Of a stretch of DNA of 64,000 nt, positions 37,049 through 47,752 are shown in pieces (the first letter of the stretch is position 1; the number at the start of each line of letters is the position of its first letter). Source of the stretch: Candidatus Hermodarchaeota archaeon (GTDB lineage Archaea > Asgardarchaeota > Thorarchaeia > Thorarchaeales > Thorarchaeaceae); NCBI GenBank assembly GCA_048885865.1, contig JBHLLF010000013.1, forward strand, positions 14,607 to 78,606, given 5' to 3'. The position numbers were made by a program, and so were the translations under genes. The notes beneath the pieces were generated by a model, which saw nothing but the letters and a program-made list of their open reading frames with translations, was not told the DNA's origin and searched no databases.

Positions 37049-40000
37049 CTATTCTGTGGTTGGTATCGCGTCAATACGCGGGTAAAGATCTGTAAACACG
37101 CGCATCGCCCCATCATAGGTCTCCTCTGTTATCTCATGATGGGAGAACCGCGCTTCTTCGTAAGCCTGAAGCAGCTCATTCACAGAAGAGCTGTCCAATG
37201 GAATCTCCTTAAGAATTCGTGTTATGTAATCCCTCGCTGTTTCCGAATGGCGTCGAGGCTGTCCAGTCCTGGATGCACACATGTCCTCGAATGTGTGATA
37301 AGTCAGCGATATCGCAGCGGCATATTTGCCAGCATCAGCAAGCCTCTTGATACTCCTCAGCTTGCTAGCCAGATCTCTTGCCACTGAAACAAATGCACCT
37401 TTGCCAAAGCCTCTAACAAAGTACAGGTAAAGGAAAAGGACTGCCACAGCAGCGCCTATTGCAGCTAACGGTAGGAGCAAGTCTAAAGCATTTGGAAATC
37501 CAATGCCAGGAGGACGGATGTTAATGTAAATCGAGTTTGAAACCAAATCAGGGACACCACTATCGAGGGAAGTGAGTGTCACAAATACAGCAATCCTAGC
37601 CTCGTGGTCAATCCCTGCTTGGTTCATCGAAACTACGCCGCTTGCCTGAGTACTGACTAGATGCTCAGTTCCATTTACATTGATTATTGCATTTCGTATT
37701 CGAATAGGAATCCCAAGATCATCTGTAAACGCCACAGTGATTGTGAAATCAGTTGCAAGATTGACTTGCTGCGGAGTGCCTCCAAAATCAAATCTAACAG
37801 CAGTGAATATGTGGATATTGCTAGGCGCGATGCCAGTCGAACCTAGGACGTAGTTCGCATCATTCCCATAGCATTCGACTACTAGCTGATAGAGACCGCT
37901 CGTCGCCCAACCAGCTGGAATTGTTATGGGAATGTCGTTCCAATCACCTGAGGCCATCCCTCTTTGGAAGAGGAAGGTAGTATTGAGATAGATTCTGATG
38001 GTCGTTACTTCTTCTAGAATGCCATCATCATCCATGAGTTGAGCACTAAAAGTGAATGTTTCACCTGGCTGATAGTCTACAAGTCGGGGGACAGTCACAG
38101 TGGTTGTAGAACTTATGTACATCTCGAGGAGCCATGAGTCTGCAGGACCAGAGAGCACATAGTAGGACCCAGGCTGCACGTCAAGTGTGATGTAGAACAA
38201 CCCACGTGGGTGAGTATCCGGAAATGTATAATCCACACTGAAGATTCCGGACCCACTTGATATACCACTCTCGGCCCAGGTTCCATCATCGAAGATATCA
38301 ATGGGAACATCAGCCACACTGCCACCACCGTTGGAAACAGTTCCAGATATGGTGATCTGTTCACCTCTTGCAAATTGCGGTCCTGGCGCCGGAGCCAAAC
38401 TTAGAGTGACCTGATCCCATATCTCGACTATCTCAGGAGCTGTGGAAGCCGCCTGAAATGCTGCGTTTGGTCTGACAAATCGGACATAGTACCGACTATC
38501 TCCAACATCATGCGCCCAGCCTATGTCATGGAGGTATGCAAATCCTCCCCCTAGATCTGTAATGGTTATGGTGGCTACTGTCCAATCTCCAGTATTATTC
38601 ACCCAATGAATTGCAACCTGATAACCCACCATTGGCGTACCATTGGTGAACGCAAGAGAGCCAGATATTGTACCAGAGTTCCCTCGGAAAATCGTGTAAG
38701 TGTCAATAGATGCAGATAGATTCACGGTATACTGTAAGAAGTCGACAGATGAAGTTGGAGTCGTGTAGTCTGCAACCCAATTCATCGGAGAGAGAAATCG
38801 AACGCTGATTTGGTGTGTGCCTGGAGTGGCGGATTCTGGGATTTGCCAATTGAACAAGAATGAGCCATCTGACGCGGTGAAAGTATTGCCAACTGGGTTG
38901 CCATCAACGAGAAGGCCAACCGAAACACCTCCAATCGAATATGGACCAACTACGTAGGTCAATGTGCCGGTGATTGGTATCGTCTGGAGAATATAGTAAC
39001 TGGCAGCACCAGTGCTAAACCCGGAGATGATTGTCTGCCATTGCGAAAGAGTGAGAGTATCGTGAAATGACTCTGCAGGTTCCAGCAATAATGACCCATC
39101 ATAATACACATAGACCTCTATTCCAGTTCTAATAGTGTCCATAGCCATTCTGGAATAGTCAATCACAGCCCACCCGCTTGCATTAGTTAGAATTGGTGCG
39201 CTATCAAGGCGTCCCAGAGTTCCATTGAACCAGTAGAATCTGATAGTCGCTCCGCTTATGTTGGTACCATTGATAGTGAAATACAGGTGCGCGGAGATAG
39301 TTAGCGTATCGTTCTGGTAGATTGGATTTGATGAAAGGAACATATCCAAGGTGACCTGATATCGTTGAGCCGTCACTTGCATGGCACCTGTTATTGCATC
39401 AGCATTGAGAGAACTTGTGCTGTTGTAGAAACACAGAAAGTAGTAATCTCCCTCCGAGTCCGGCGGGACCGTGAAGTAATGAGTGTATGAGAAGTAGCCC
39501 GTACCATCAGTTGTATCACTTCCAATGTAGCTCCAGGGGCCAACTGCGCTTCCAGAGATGTAGACATCCACCACTTCTCCTACAAGAGGCGGTGCTCCTC
39601 CCAAATATGTAAGCCAACCATCGATGACTACGCCTTGGTCAAGGTATACGAAGCCGGGCGCGAATGCGGTAAGCTCCAACTGGTACAGCTCAACATTGGC
39701 ACTTTGACTTCCTGAGTTTGCATTAGACCATAAGGGATCAGTACTAGTATACTCGCTCCAAATCATAATGCCGCCAAGAAGATCAGCCAGAGTGAAGTTG
39801 TATTGGAAGCTGAACCAACCAGACGCGTCTGTTACCTTTAACCAAGTACGTTCTCCGTTGCCATCTACGAAATGAATTACAACTGTGGCACCAGGAATTG
39901 GATTTCCATTGTGGGGAAATGTGAGCTGACCAGCATAGTATAGCACCTCATCCAAATGATAGGTACCATTGATTGCCATAGCCATGATGTCCGTCTGATA

Positions 40001-43000
40001 GAGTTGTGTAGTGATGGCAGGTACAAGATTGGTGAATGCCGGATCATAAGGACCACCTCCTGTATAATTAACACTGACTACTATAGTGCCAACTCCATCG
40101 CTCAGTGATAGAGGGTAGGTCAGATTATAGTACCCGGTTGAATTTGTGGTTCGAACGAATGATTGGAGGGTTCCATTGTTCCAGTATATTGTAACGTCTT
40201 CGCCCGCGATGGGTGTACCGCCATAAAACAGCTGACCGAAAAGGTAGACTGTTCCATTCACATAGTAAACTCTCACGCCTCCAATAGTGTTAACTGTCAG
40301 TATTGTGGGACGTGTCTGAATGTCAGGATAGGCGCGTGGAGACTCCGCGCTTGCAACATTGATGTATGGCGACTCGAATGATGTATAGATGGTGACATTG
40401 CCTAACTCATGCCCTGCAGGGATGACGTAATAGAACAAGTATCCGCCAGTCGAGTTTGTTATCGTCCATCCAATCTGGTGCAAGCCATCAGTCTGGTTAT
40501 ACCACCATATCGAGAGATTCGCGTTTGAGAATGGCCAGGCAAGCTCTGGGAATGTCACAATACCCTCGATCGCCACTGTATCCAAAATGTACAATGGATC
40601 AGGAATGGGCTCGAGTGTGATCTGAACATCCCACTTCTTGACCTCAACGCTACGAATTGGGGACTGTGAGTTGTCATAATATCCGTCAAGAGAGATGAAA
40701 TTCACCCAGAGATCCACAAAGCCTTCAAAACCAGCAGGTACAGTGTAAGTGAATTGGTACCAGCCACCTGCTTCGGTCACGTTTGACCCCAGCTGAACTG
40801 CGGATGTGCCATCGTCCCACCAGAAATCGACTGTTCTCCCCACGAGACCAGTGCCATTCACACCATCCAAAAGATGCCCATAGATTGTGATGTTCTCTGC
40901 AATATGGACAACCCCAGGAAGTACAGTTGAGTAAGCCATGTCACTGAGATCGGTCGGTCGCAGACGGATCTCCACTGGGATATTATCATTCATATTCACA
41001 ATGTCAGGAGAGGGTGAGCTCCATGTTACATTTGCATCAAACCAGCCTAGTGCATGGGCCAATGGTATTGGGAAGTCGTACTGGAAGAATCCTGTTGCAT
41101 CTGTCACTCTGCTGTCGAGATATGCGCCGTTGAAGTAGAAGTCAATACTCTCGAAAGAGAGTATCGTGCCGTTGAAGAGCTGCAAAGTGCCCTCATAATG
41201 TAGAGTAGCCCCACGATATGCGGGATTGGGAGTCACAACGAGGTTCGAGGTTGCGGCGCCATAGATTGTCACTGTAGAATTGTCACTTGACCGTGCAGGA
41301 AGATAGACGGGGTAGTATGGTGGGAGTGGGTCGTATTCACCGCGGTAGCTAGACCAGAGCTCATGAGCTCCCGGGGTCATAAGCCCCATTAAGGTGGCAT
41401 TTGCAGGATCAATGTACATGAGGTACCTGTAGCTCCCATTTGAGAGAATTAGTGCAGAACCTAGAGTCTGATCATCCCACATGATTTGCATCCAGGGATT
41501 GTTCAAAGTGGAACCATCAACACCATTGCCCTCTGAATCCGTCATGTTACCCCGGATATCCAGGGTGTCATTCCAGTAGGCAATGTAAGTGTCCAATCCT
41601 TGCTTGATGTCGATGTCAATTTCCTCGCTTAGGAAGAATCCGCTCTCGGGCTCATCAGCTGCATACCTTGGATTGGGCTGCGACACAGCATAAATGGCGG
41701 TCCAGTTCGAAACCACGTAAGTGGGACCATAATAGGTCGCAGTGATATTGTGCATTCCCACTGAAGATCCGCCCGGAAATGCATAGTCGAGAGTAGCATA
41801 GCCGCCGGGACCTATCACAGCGGAGCCCATTACAACACTATCTGTCCTGTCAAAGAAATCGATTGTTTCCGGTGTGGTTATTGGAACACCGTTGACAAAG
41901 ATGAATGCGTATATTTGGAAGGGCGTTCCAATAAGCTCGTACACATCTGGATACAGGCTGGACAAAAGCAGAAGCTCGACGTTTCCCTGCTGTGTGTTAG
42001 GAACTCCACCAGTATTAGGCAAAGGTAGAGGAAGGACTTGGATCCACTCGCCTCCATTTGGATGGCCCGACATGGGAATGAAGACCTCTGCCCAGAATAC
42101 CGTGTGCAGGACTTGGATTTCACGATAGCCGCCCATTGGTTCACCTACAGCATAACCAAGTGTTGGTCGGGCAGGAACGCCAAGATATCGCATAAAGACG
42201 CAGTAGGCGGTCACGAAGTCCACGGGTAGTCCGCCGCCGCGTTCCAAGAACCAGTCAGTGACCTCCTGAGCGCCTGGACGATTAGTGTAGTCATCAAGTA
42301 TGAGCGAGAAGTTGCTACGGAAGAACTGCTCCACTTGAACTGCAGTTTCGTACGCATTACCGGCGCCGCTGAACTGCGATGCATTCCCAATCACATTGGC
42401 ACTCAGGGCGACACCTACAGGAGAATACATATTCCAGATAGTTGGAGGAGCTTGATCACCATCAAGGGCACTACCTTGAACCGTGATGAGGTCTTGATTG
42501 TCGTACGTGACTTCATAGCTGAGGAGAACGTCCTCTCCACTGCCTTCAAAGAATGGGTTCAAGAGGGCTGTGCCATATTCATCAGTGAATATCTCATAGC
42601 TCGTCAGTCTGCTTGAACTATGAGAAACATAATGACCGGTTTCATTAATATAGCCAGTTTCAAATGACCCTCGAATGATCTTCATGTTTGGGAACAGAGT
42701 AGGAATCTCAAGGGGCTCAGTAGCGGGTCCAGTCGTGACATTGAGATACACTCGGTATATTTCATTGGTGGCTTCCCATGAATCGATAGTCCCATCGCCC
42801 ACTGACCACTGTGTGGTGTCTGTCTTAGCCCAACTAGAGCCATCGTAGTCATCATATGCCGTGCTACGCCATAATTGAGGTGGGTCCTCTGGCTCCACGT
42901 AGAACAACACGTTATATAGCTGATTAATGTAGTCCTCAGGAGGCGTTTCGTTGACGGGAGCGCGCGTATAGTTCCACCAGTCCGTCACACCACCTGCCCA

Positions 43001-43183
43001 GGGTATATCATAGCCAAAGACTGGTGCCTCGTCATACTCTATGTGCGCGTCGTAGTCACGGACTAATCCGAGGTGGACCAGGGCAAAAGACCAACCCGCC
43101 CATACTATCATAGCCACTAGAATAAGAGAGCTGATTACAGTCATTGCTCCCATTCTGCGCTGGTCTGTGGTTTTGGCGGCCAA
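37049..43183 (-). CDS. Giant surface protein: N-terminal TM, transglutaminase-like domain, about a dozen Ig-like repeats, TM, DUF4129
   Basis: LWRSTAYDDYDGSSW and RYLGVPARPTLGYAVG (TGase-like); repeated TxxxGxYxFxY units; YEEARFS. Confidence 0.85.
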   Translation of the reverse strand: MAAKTTDQRRMGAMTVISSLILVAMIVWAGWSFALVHLGLVRDYDAHIEYDEAPVFGYDIPWAGGVTDWWNYTRAPVNETPPEDYINQLYNVLFYVEPEDPPQLWRSTAYDDYDGSSWAKTDTTQWSVGDGTIDSWEATNEIYRVYLNVTTGPATEPLEIPTLFPNMKIIRGSFETGYINETGHYVSHSSSRLTSYEIFTDEYGTALLNPFFEGSGEDVLLSYEVTYDNQDLITVQGSALDGDQAPPTIWNMYSPVGVALSANVIGNASQFSGAGNAYETAVQVEQFFRSNFSLILDDYTNRPGAQEVTDWFLERGGGLPVDFVTAYCVFMRYLGVPARPTLGYAVGEPMGGYREIQVLHTVFWAEVFIPMSGHPNGGEWIQVLPLPLPNTGGVPNTQQGNVELLLLSSLYPDVYELIGTPFQIYAFIFVNGVPITTPETIDFFDRTDSVVMGSAVIGPGGYATLDYAFPGGSSVGMHNITATYYGPTYVVSNWTAIYAVSQPNPRYAADEPESGFFLSEEIDIDIKQGLDTYIAYWNDTLDIRGNMTDSEGNGVDGSTLNNPWMQIMWDDQTLGSALILSNGSYRYLMYIDPANATLMGLMTPGAHELWSSYRGEYDPLPPYYPVYLPARSSDNSTVTIYGAATSNLVVTPNPAYRGATLHYEGTLQLFNGTILSFESIDFYFNGAYLDSRVTDATGFFQYDFPIPLAHALGWFDANVTWSSPSPDIVNMNDNIPVEIRLRPTDLSDMAYSTVLPGVVHIAENITIYGHLLDGVNGTGLVGRTVDFWWDDGTSAVQLGSNVTEAGGWYQFTYTVPAGFEGFVDLWVNFISLDGYYDNSQSPIRSVEVKKWDVQITLEPIPDPLYILDTVAIEGIVTFPELAWPFSNANLSIWWYNQTDGLHQIGWTITNSTGGYLFYYVIPAGHELGNVTIYTSFESPYINVASAESPRAYPDIQTRPTILTVNTIGGVRVYYVNGTVYLFGQLFYGGTPIAGEDVTIYWNNGTLQSFVRTTNSTGYYNLTYPLSLSDGVGTIVVSVNYTGGGPYDPAFTNLVPAITTQLYQTDIMAMAINGTYHLDEVLYYAGQLTFPHNGNPIPGATVVIHFVDGNGERTWLKVTDASGWFSFQYNFTLADLLGGIMIWSEYTSTDPLWSNANSGSQSANVELYQLELTAFAPGFVYLDQGVVIDGWLTYLGGAPPLVGEVVDVYISGSAVGPWSYIGSDTTDGTGYFSYTHYFTVPPDSEGDYYFLCFYNSTSSLNADAITGAMQVTAQRYQVTLDMFLSSNPIYQNDTLTISAHLYFTINGTNISGATIRFYWFNGTLGRLDSAPILTNASGWAVIDYSRMAMDTIRTGIEVYVYYDGSLLLEPAESFHDTLTLSQWQTIISGFSTGAASYYILQTIPITGTLTYVVGPYSIGGVSVGLLVDGNPVGNTFTASDGSFLFNWQIPESATPGTHQISVRFLSPMNWVADYTTPTSSVDFLQYTVNLSASIDTYTIFRGNSGTISGSLAFTNGTPMVGYQVAIHWVNNTGDWTVATITITDLGGGFAYLHDIGWAHDVGDSRYYVRFVRPNAAFQAASTAPEIVEIWDQVTLSLAPAPGPQFARGEQITISGTVSNGGGSVADVPIDIFDDGTWAESGISSGSGIFSVDYTFPDTHPRGLFYITLDVQPGSYYVLSGPADSWLLEMYISSTTTVTVPRLVDYQPGETFTFSAQLMDDDGILEEVTTIRIYLNTTFLFQRGMASGDWNDIPITIPAGWATSGLYQLVVECYGNDANYVLGSTGIAPSNIHIFTAVRFDFGGTPQQVNLATDFTITVAFTDDLGIPIRIRNAIINVNGTEHLVSTQASGVVSMNQAGIDHEARIAVFVTLTSLDSGVPDLVSNSIYINIRPPGIGFPNALDLLLPLAAIGAAVAVLFLYLYFVRGFGKGAFVSVARDLASKLRSIKRLADAGKYAAAISLTYHTFEDMCASRTGQPRRHSETARDYITRILKEIPLDSSSVNELLQAYEEARFSHHEITEETYDGAMRVFTDLYPRIDAIPTTE

Positions 43184-43382
43184 ATGATTATACCTCTTCT
43201 ATGTGAGCTGCAACTCCAAACTCGCATTAGGTGGTGAGTTCTGTACTACCACAAACCGTCCGTTTCAAGCAATTAAAGGGTTTCTCGGGCCTTATGGCTC
43301 TCCCATAAATCGAAAGGTAACCAAACACCAATATATAGCTCCAATCAGCAAATTAGCACCTCAAACAAAGGACCTATTCCAG

Positions 43383-43967
43383 ATGTCATACTTTGATAGA
43401 ATTGACTCGTTTGTAAAGCAAGAAATGACCGGATCGGATCCAGGCGCACATGCCTACGACCATGTAAAGAGAGTGTTTTCCCTCGCGATGAGAATAGGGA
43501 CCATACTGGGAGCGGATCTGAGAATTCTGGGAGCAGCAGCTCTTCTGCATGATGTGGGGCGTGCAAATGAGGAGGAAACAGGAATCTCACACTCAATCGT
43601 GTCTGGTGATATGAGCACAGAGATATTGAAAGAAGTGGGATTCACTCAGGATGAGATACAGAATGTCAGAGATGTCATCAGAACTCATAGATTCAGCGAA
43701 GGGCTCACTCCCACAACTCTTGAGGGCGAGATTCTTAGCGATGCTGACAAGCTGGATGCGCTAGGAGCTATCGGGGTTTTTCGAGCTATTGCTCAAGCGG
43801 CAGCAACTGGTGATGGTGCAGAGGCATTTCTCAGACATGCAGATGAGAAGCTGCTGAAGTTGCACGAGTTGATGTACACTGAGGAGGGGAAAAAGATTGC
43901 AGAGGCCCGCCATTCGGTTCTCAGTGATTTTGTTACAGAGCTACGAAAAGAGATTGATAGTTACTAG
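43383..43967 (+). CDS. HD-domain phosphohydrolase
   Basis: H...HVKRV, ALLHDVG, HRFS, DADKLDALGAIG. Confidence 0.92.
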   Translation: MSYFDRIDSFVKQEMTGSDPGAHAYDHVKRVFSLAMRIGTILGADLRILGAAALLHDVGRANEEETGISHSIVSGDMSTEILKEVGFTQDEIQNVRDVIRTHRFSEGLTPTTLEGEILSDADKLDALGAIGVFRAIAQAAATGDGAEAFLRHADEKLLKLHELMYTEEGKKIAEARHSVLSDFVTELRKEIDSY

Positions 43968-43968
43968 A

Positions 43969-44559
43969 TCATATTGGGTTCTTTCCAAGATACATTTCAA
44001 GATATGAATCCCGAATAGACTCCTCTGGATTGAGACCGAGCTCTCTGACCACATCAAAGATGTCTTCTCTAGCTGAAGCAATCTGGTCCTCATGCTCCAC
44101 GACGCGCTCAAGCTCTAGGAATTTGCCAACATCAATCACGTCATCTATGCTGATTGTGATTTCTCGTACAACGTAGAATGACCGTATCTTGGTGACCTTC
44201 GCAATAGTTTTGAACCCAAGTTGGGTCAGTATCAATCCGGCCTCTCTGGAGTCGTCGAGCCCCACTGATAACTCGACTCTGGTCTTTGAGAGAGGATCGA
44301 CCTTCGGGCCCTTGTATGTCATCTCATTGAGAGGTCTATCATCCGTTACTAGTTGACGATCATCTGTATGTGGCTGTCGACTCCTGATTCGTATTGCCTC
44401 ATCAGTTTCTGGAAAAGACCTGCATGGATGATCGAAGTATGCATCGACTTGGGTTTCAGTGTTGAGTTTTCGCGCACCAATCTTGAGAAGAGCCGCCTCG
44501 AGCCGCTCAGACTCTTCCAGGGTGATCTTCACTTCAACCTCGAATCTACTCTCACTCAT
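43969..44559 (-). CDS. cyaB: CYTH / class IV adenylate cyclase-family protein
   Basis: EVEVK, DAYF, AIRIR, TYKGPK, FLELE, SYLEM. Confidence 0.85.
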   Translation of the reverse strand: MSESRFEVEVKITLEESERLEAALLKIGARKLNTETQVDAYFDHPCRSFPETDEAIRIRSRQPHTDDRQLVTDDRPLNEMTYKGPKVDPLSKTRVELSVGLDDSREAGLILTQLGFKTIAKVTKIRSFYVVREITISIDDVIDVGKFLELERVVEHEDQIASAREDIFDVVRELGLNPEESIRDSYLEMYLGKNPI

Positions 44560-44680
44560 TGTGCCTCATTATCTGCATCATCATATCTCCGAGTTAGGTG
44601 TTTCTCCTCGCTTTCATATTCACATAAGTTGCCACAACTCACATAACGGGAGATAGATTCCACTGCAATGGGTTGCCACC

Positions 44681-45931
44681 ATGTCAAGAGTCGTGAAATA
44701 CAAATGTGCAAAATGTGGCAAGGAATACAACGATGGAAATGTCCCACCCAACGATGGATGTGGTGGTAGAATCGACATCACCTTTGATCTCGAGGCTATC
44801 AAGGATTCTTTCTCGAAAACTCAATTGGAGAGCACAAGAGGAGGCCTCTGGAAGTACTTCGACTTGATGCCTCTCAGAAAGAAGGAGAGCATTGTAACAC
44901 TTGGTGAGGGTGACACGCCCCTTGTGCAGAGCAAAGGGCTTGGCAAGGAACTGGGGCTGCAGAGGCTCTACCTGAAGCTGGAAACATTATGTCCTTCTGG
45001 TTCTTTCAAGGATAGGCCAATATGTGTAGGTGTGAGTCGTGCAGCAGAAGATGGTGCTCAGACTGTTTCTGCAGCATCTTCTGGCAATGCTGCCGCTGCA
45101 ATGTCAACATATGCGGCGAGAGCAGGACTCAGAGCAGTAGTATTTGTTCCAGAGGATGCTCCTGCAGGCAAACTCATTCATCTGAGAACATTAGGGGCCC
45201 GTGTATTCAGGGTTCGCAAAGTAGAGGAGGGTGTTGACCCAACAACTACGCTCCTCAAGGCTGCATGCAGTGAGCTGGGATGGACACCCTCTCCATCATT
45301 CGGACCGTTCAACTGTTTCCAGTTTGAGGGTACAAAGTCACTTGGCTATGAGATTGCAGAGCAGCTATCATGGAATCCTCCTGATTGGATTCTTTTCCCT
45401 ACGGGAAGTGGAGGGCTGACAGCGGGTACAATGAAGGGGCTCTGGGAGTTTCAACAAATGGGGCTTATCGACAGACTTCCCAGACCTGTTGTGGTTCAGC
45501 CAGAAGGATGCGCTCCCATTGTAAGAGCATTCAATGAAAGTCAAGAACCATTGAACATTGTGCCCTGGGATTCCAATGAGACCATTGCGGGGGGACTTGC
45601 TGATCCTTTTCCATGGGATGGTGACGCTGCTCTAAAATACCTCAATCTGGCAGACGGAAAAGCAGTGGCAGTCGAGGACTCGCTCATTGAGAAATATCTT
45701 GTACTCCTAGGGAAACTGGAAGGTGTGTTCGCTGAACCGAGTGGAGTTGCGGCCCTGGCGGGTCTAGACGTTCTTTTGAAGGAAGGTGTTATTGATAGAT
45801 CAGACTCTGTGGTCGTTCCTATTACAGGCTCAGGATTCAAGGATCTCGGCACTCCAGATCGATTGACACCACCGGTCACACTCATTGGCCCTAGGGTTAA
45901 TGAGCTAAGGAGAGCATTGGAAGAAGGGTGA
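44681..45931 (+). CDS. thrC: Threonine synthase
   Basis: N-terminal Zn ribbon; LGEGDTPL, SGSFKDR (PLP lysine), ASSGN, EPS, TGSGFKD. Confidence 0.88.
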   Translation: MSRVVKYKCAKCGKEYNDGNVPPNDGCGGRIDITFDLEAIKDSFSKTQLESTRGGLWKYFDLMPLRKKESIVTLGEGDTPLVQSKGLGKELGLQRLYLKLETLCPSGSFKDRPICVGVSRAAEDGAQTVSAASSGNAAAAMSTYAARAGLRAVVFVPEDAPAGKLIHLRTLGARVFRVRKVEEGVDPTTTLLKAACSELGWTPSPSFGPFNCFQFEGTKSLGYEIAEQLSWNPPDWILFPTGSGGLTAGTMKGLWEFQQMGLIDRLPRPVVVQPEGCAPIVRAFNESQEPLNIVPWDSNETIAGGLADPFPWDGDAALKYLNLADGKAVAVEDSLIEKYLVLLGKLEGVFAEPSGVAALAGLDVLLKEGVIDRSDSVVVPITGSGFKDLGTPDRLTPPVTLIGPRVNELRRALEEG

Positions 45932-45935
45932 TGGA

Positions 45936-46901
45936 ATGGCCAGTAAGCAACTCCGCCAAAGAGCAAAGGAGATTGCAGAGCAATATGGCTATCTGCCGTA
46001 TATGATTGAACGCTACTTGGCATTGTGGGGCGAAGAGGAGACCATTCAGTTCATTGAAGCTTGTGAGGAGCAGATAACGACCTCTGTGAGGGTCAACACG
46101 CTCAAGATTGATCCTGATTCACTTCAAAAACGCCTGCGGCTCAAACAGGTAACACTGAGGGCTGTTGATTGGCTAGATGATGGCTTCTGGATGGACTTCG
46201 AGGGCGCTCCTGGATCCCTATTTGAGCATATGCTCGGTTACTATTATGTTCAAGGAGTGCCATCCATGACTGTGACTAAAGTCTTGGATCCCCAACCTGG
46301 AGAAACGGTCATAGACGTAGCTGCCGCTCCAGGCGGCAAAACCACGCATATTGCGCAATTGATGGAAAACGCTGGAACTGTGATTGCAGTAGAACAGGAC
46401 CGTCAACGTATAAAGAGCCTGGAGAGTAATATTCAGCGTTGCGGGGTGAGCAATGCCATAGTCCTCAGGGGTGATGCTAGGAAACTGGACAGATTAGAGC
46501 AAACACCTGACAGAATCCTACTGGATTCACCTTGTTCAGGAGAAGGTCTCATTCCGCTAGACCCCACGAGAAAGACGAGTACATCTATGGCTGACATTCG
46601 ATTCTGTGCGACCAGGGAGGATGAGCTGCTGGAGGCTGCAGTGAACGCACTACCTTCCGGTGGGACTATGGTATATTCGACATGTTCCATTGCACCGGAG
46701 GAGAACGAGTACATAGTTGACGAGGTTCTTGGCAGGCATCCGGATATGAGAGTAGTCCCCATAACGCTTGAGTTCGGCTCTCCGGGATACGCACGACCAT
46801 ATGGGGTTGAATTGAGTGAATCAATGACTCTGACAAGAAGATTCCTGCCCCATCTTCATGGAACAGAGGGCTTCTTCATATGCAAAATGGAGAAAGAATA
46901 G
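45936..46901 (+). CDS. NOL1/NOP2/Sun RNA m5C methyltransferase
   Basis: DVAAAPGGKT, DSPCSGEG, YSTCS..PEENE, EGFF. Confidence 0.95.
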   Translation: MASKQLRQRAKEIAEQYGYLPYMIERYLALWGEEETIQFIEACEEQITTSVRVNTLKIDPDSLQKRLRLKQVTLRAVDWLDDGFWMDFEGAPGSLFEHMLGYYYVQGVPSMTVTKVLDPQPGETVIDVAAAPGGKTTHIAQLMENAGTVIAVEQDRQRIKSLESNIQRCGVSNAIVLRGDARKLDRLEQTPDRILLDSPCSGEGLIPLDPTRKTSTSMADIRFCATREDELLEAAVNALPSGGTMVYSTCSIAPEENEYIVDEVLGRHPDMRVVPITLEFGSPGYARPYGVELSESMTLTRRFLPHLHGTEGFFICKMEKE

Positions 46902-46977
46902 GGGTTTCCAGCTGCTATGAAGCTCTAGCTTTTTAGGAGAAAATTCCAAGTTACCTCAAGGTTAGGCGTGGAGTGTC

Positions 46978-47751
46978 ATGGCGAGTGATGGAATTGACAT
47001 AAGAACCGAGGGTCTTTCAAAGAACTTCGGGACTATTCAAGCTCTCAAGGACCTGGATTTAGAGGTCAGGAAAGGAAGTACATTTGGATTCTTGGGCCCA
47101 AATGGAGCGGGAAAGACAACGACTGTCAGAATACTATCTGGGCTCCTCAGGCCCAGCGCGGGGAGAGCAACCGTCTGTGGATATGATGTGAACAAACAGA
47201 GAAATGAGATTAAGGCAGCAACAGGATTGCTGCCAGAGGCGCCAGGTCTGTATTCAAAGCTCTCAGCAGTCGAGTTTCTAGAGTTCATAGGCGCTCTAAA
47301 TGACATGAGTGGAGAGATACTGAAACGCAGGATTGACAGCCTACTTGGCATACTGGGACTCGAGGGTCGTCAGAATGACTTACTGGAGAGCTACAGCTCA
47401 GGAATGAAGCAAAAGGTGCTGGTTGCCTCAACAATCCTTCATGAGCCAAAGCTCGTGTTCCTTGATGAACCCACATCTCGACTCGATCCAGCTGCTAGTG
47501 CACTTGTGAAGGAGCTAATCTTGGCAATGGCCAAAGAAACAGAAACTACGTTCTTCATCTGCACCCACATGACAGACTTTGCAGAGGATGTCTGTGAGAT
47601 TATTGGCATACTGAACGAGGGTGTTCTCACAACTTTAGGCACCCCACAGGATATCATCAAGAATGTAGAAGCATCTGACCTTGAAGAAGCATATCTCAAG
47701 ATTGTAGGTGGGGAAGTAGACAGAGAGTCACTACTGTCCTGGAGGCAGTGA
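46978..47751 (+). CDS. ABC transporter ATP-binding protein
   Basis: GPNGAGKTT, YSSGMKQK, FLDEP. Confidence 0.93.
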   Translation: MASDGIDIRTEGLSKNFGTIQALKDLDLEVRKGSTFGFLGPNGAGKTTTVRILSGLLRPSAGRATVCGYDVNKQRNEIKAATGLLPEAPGLYSKLSAVEFLEFIGALNDMSGEILKRRIDSLLGILGLEGRQNDLLESYSSGMKQKVLVASTILHEPKLVFLDEPTSRLDPAASALVKELILAMAKETETTFFICTHMTDFAEDVCEIIGILNEGVLTTLGTPQDIIKNVEASDLEEAYLKIVGGEVDRESLLSWRQ

Positions 47752-47752
47752 T

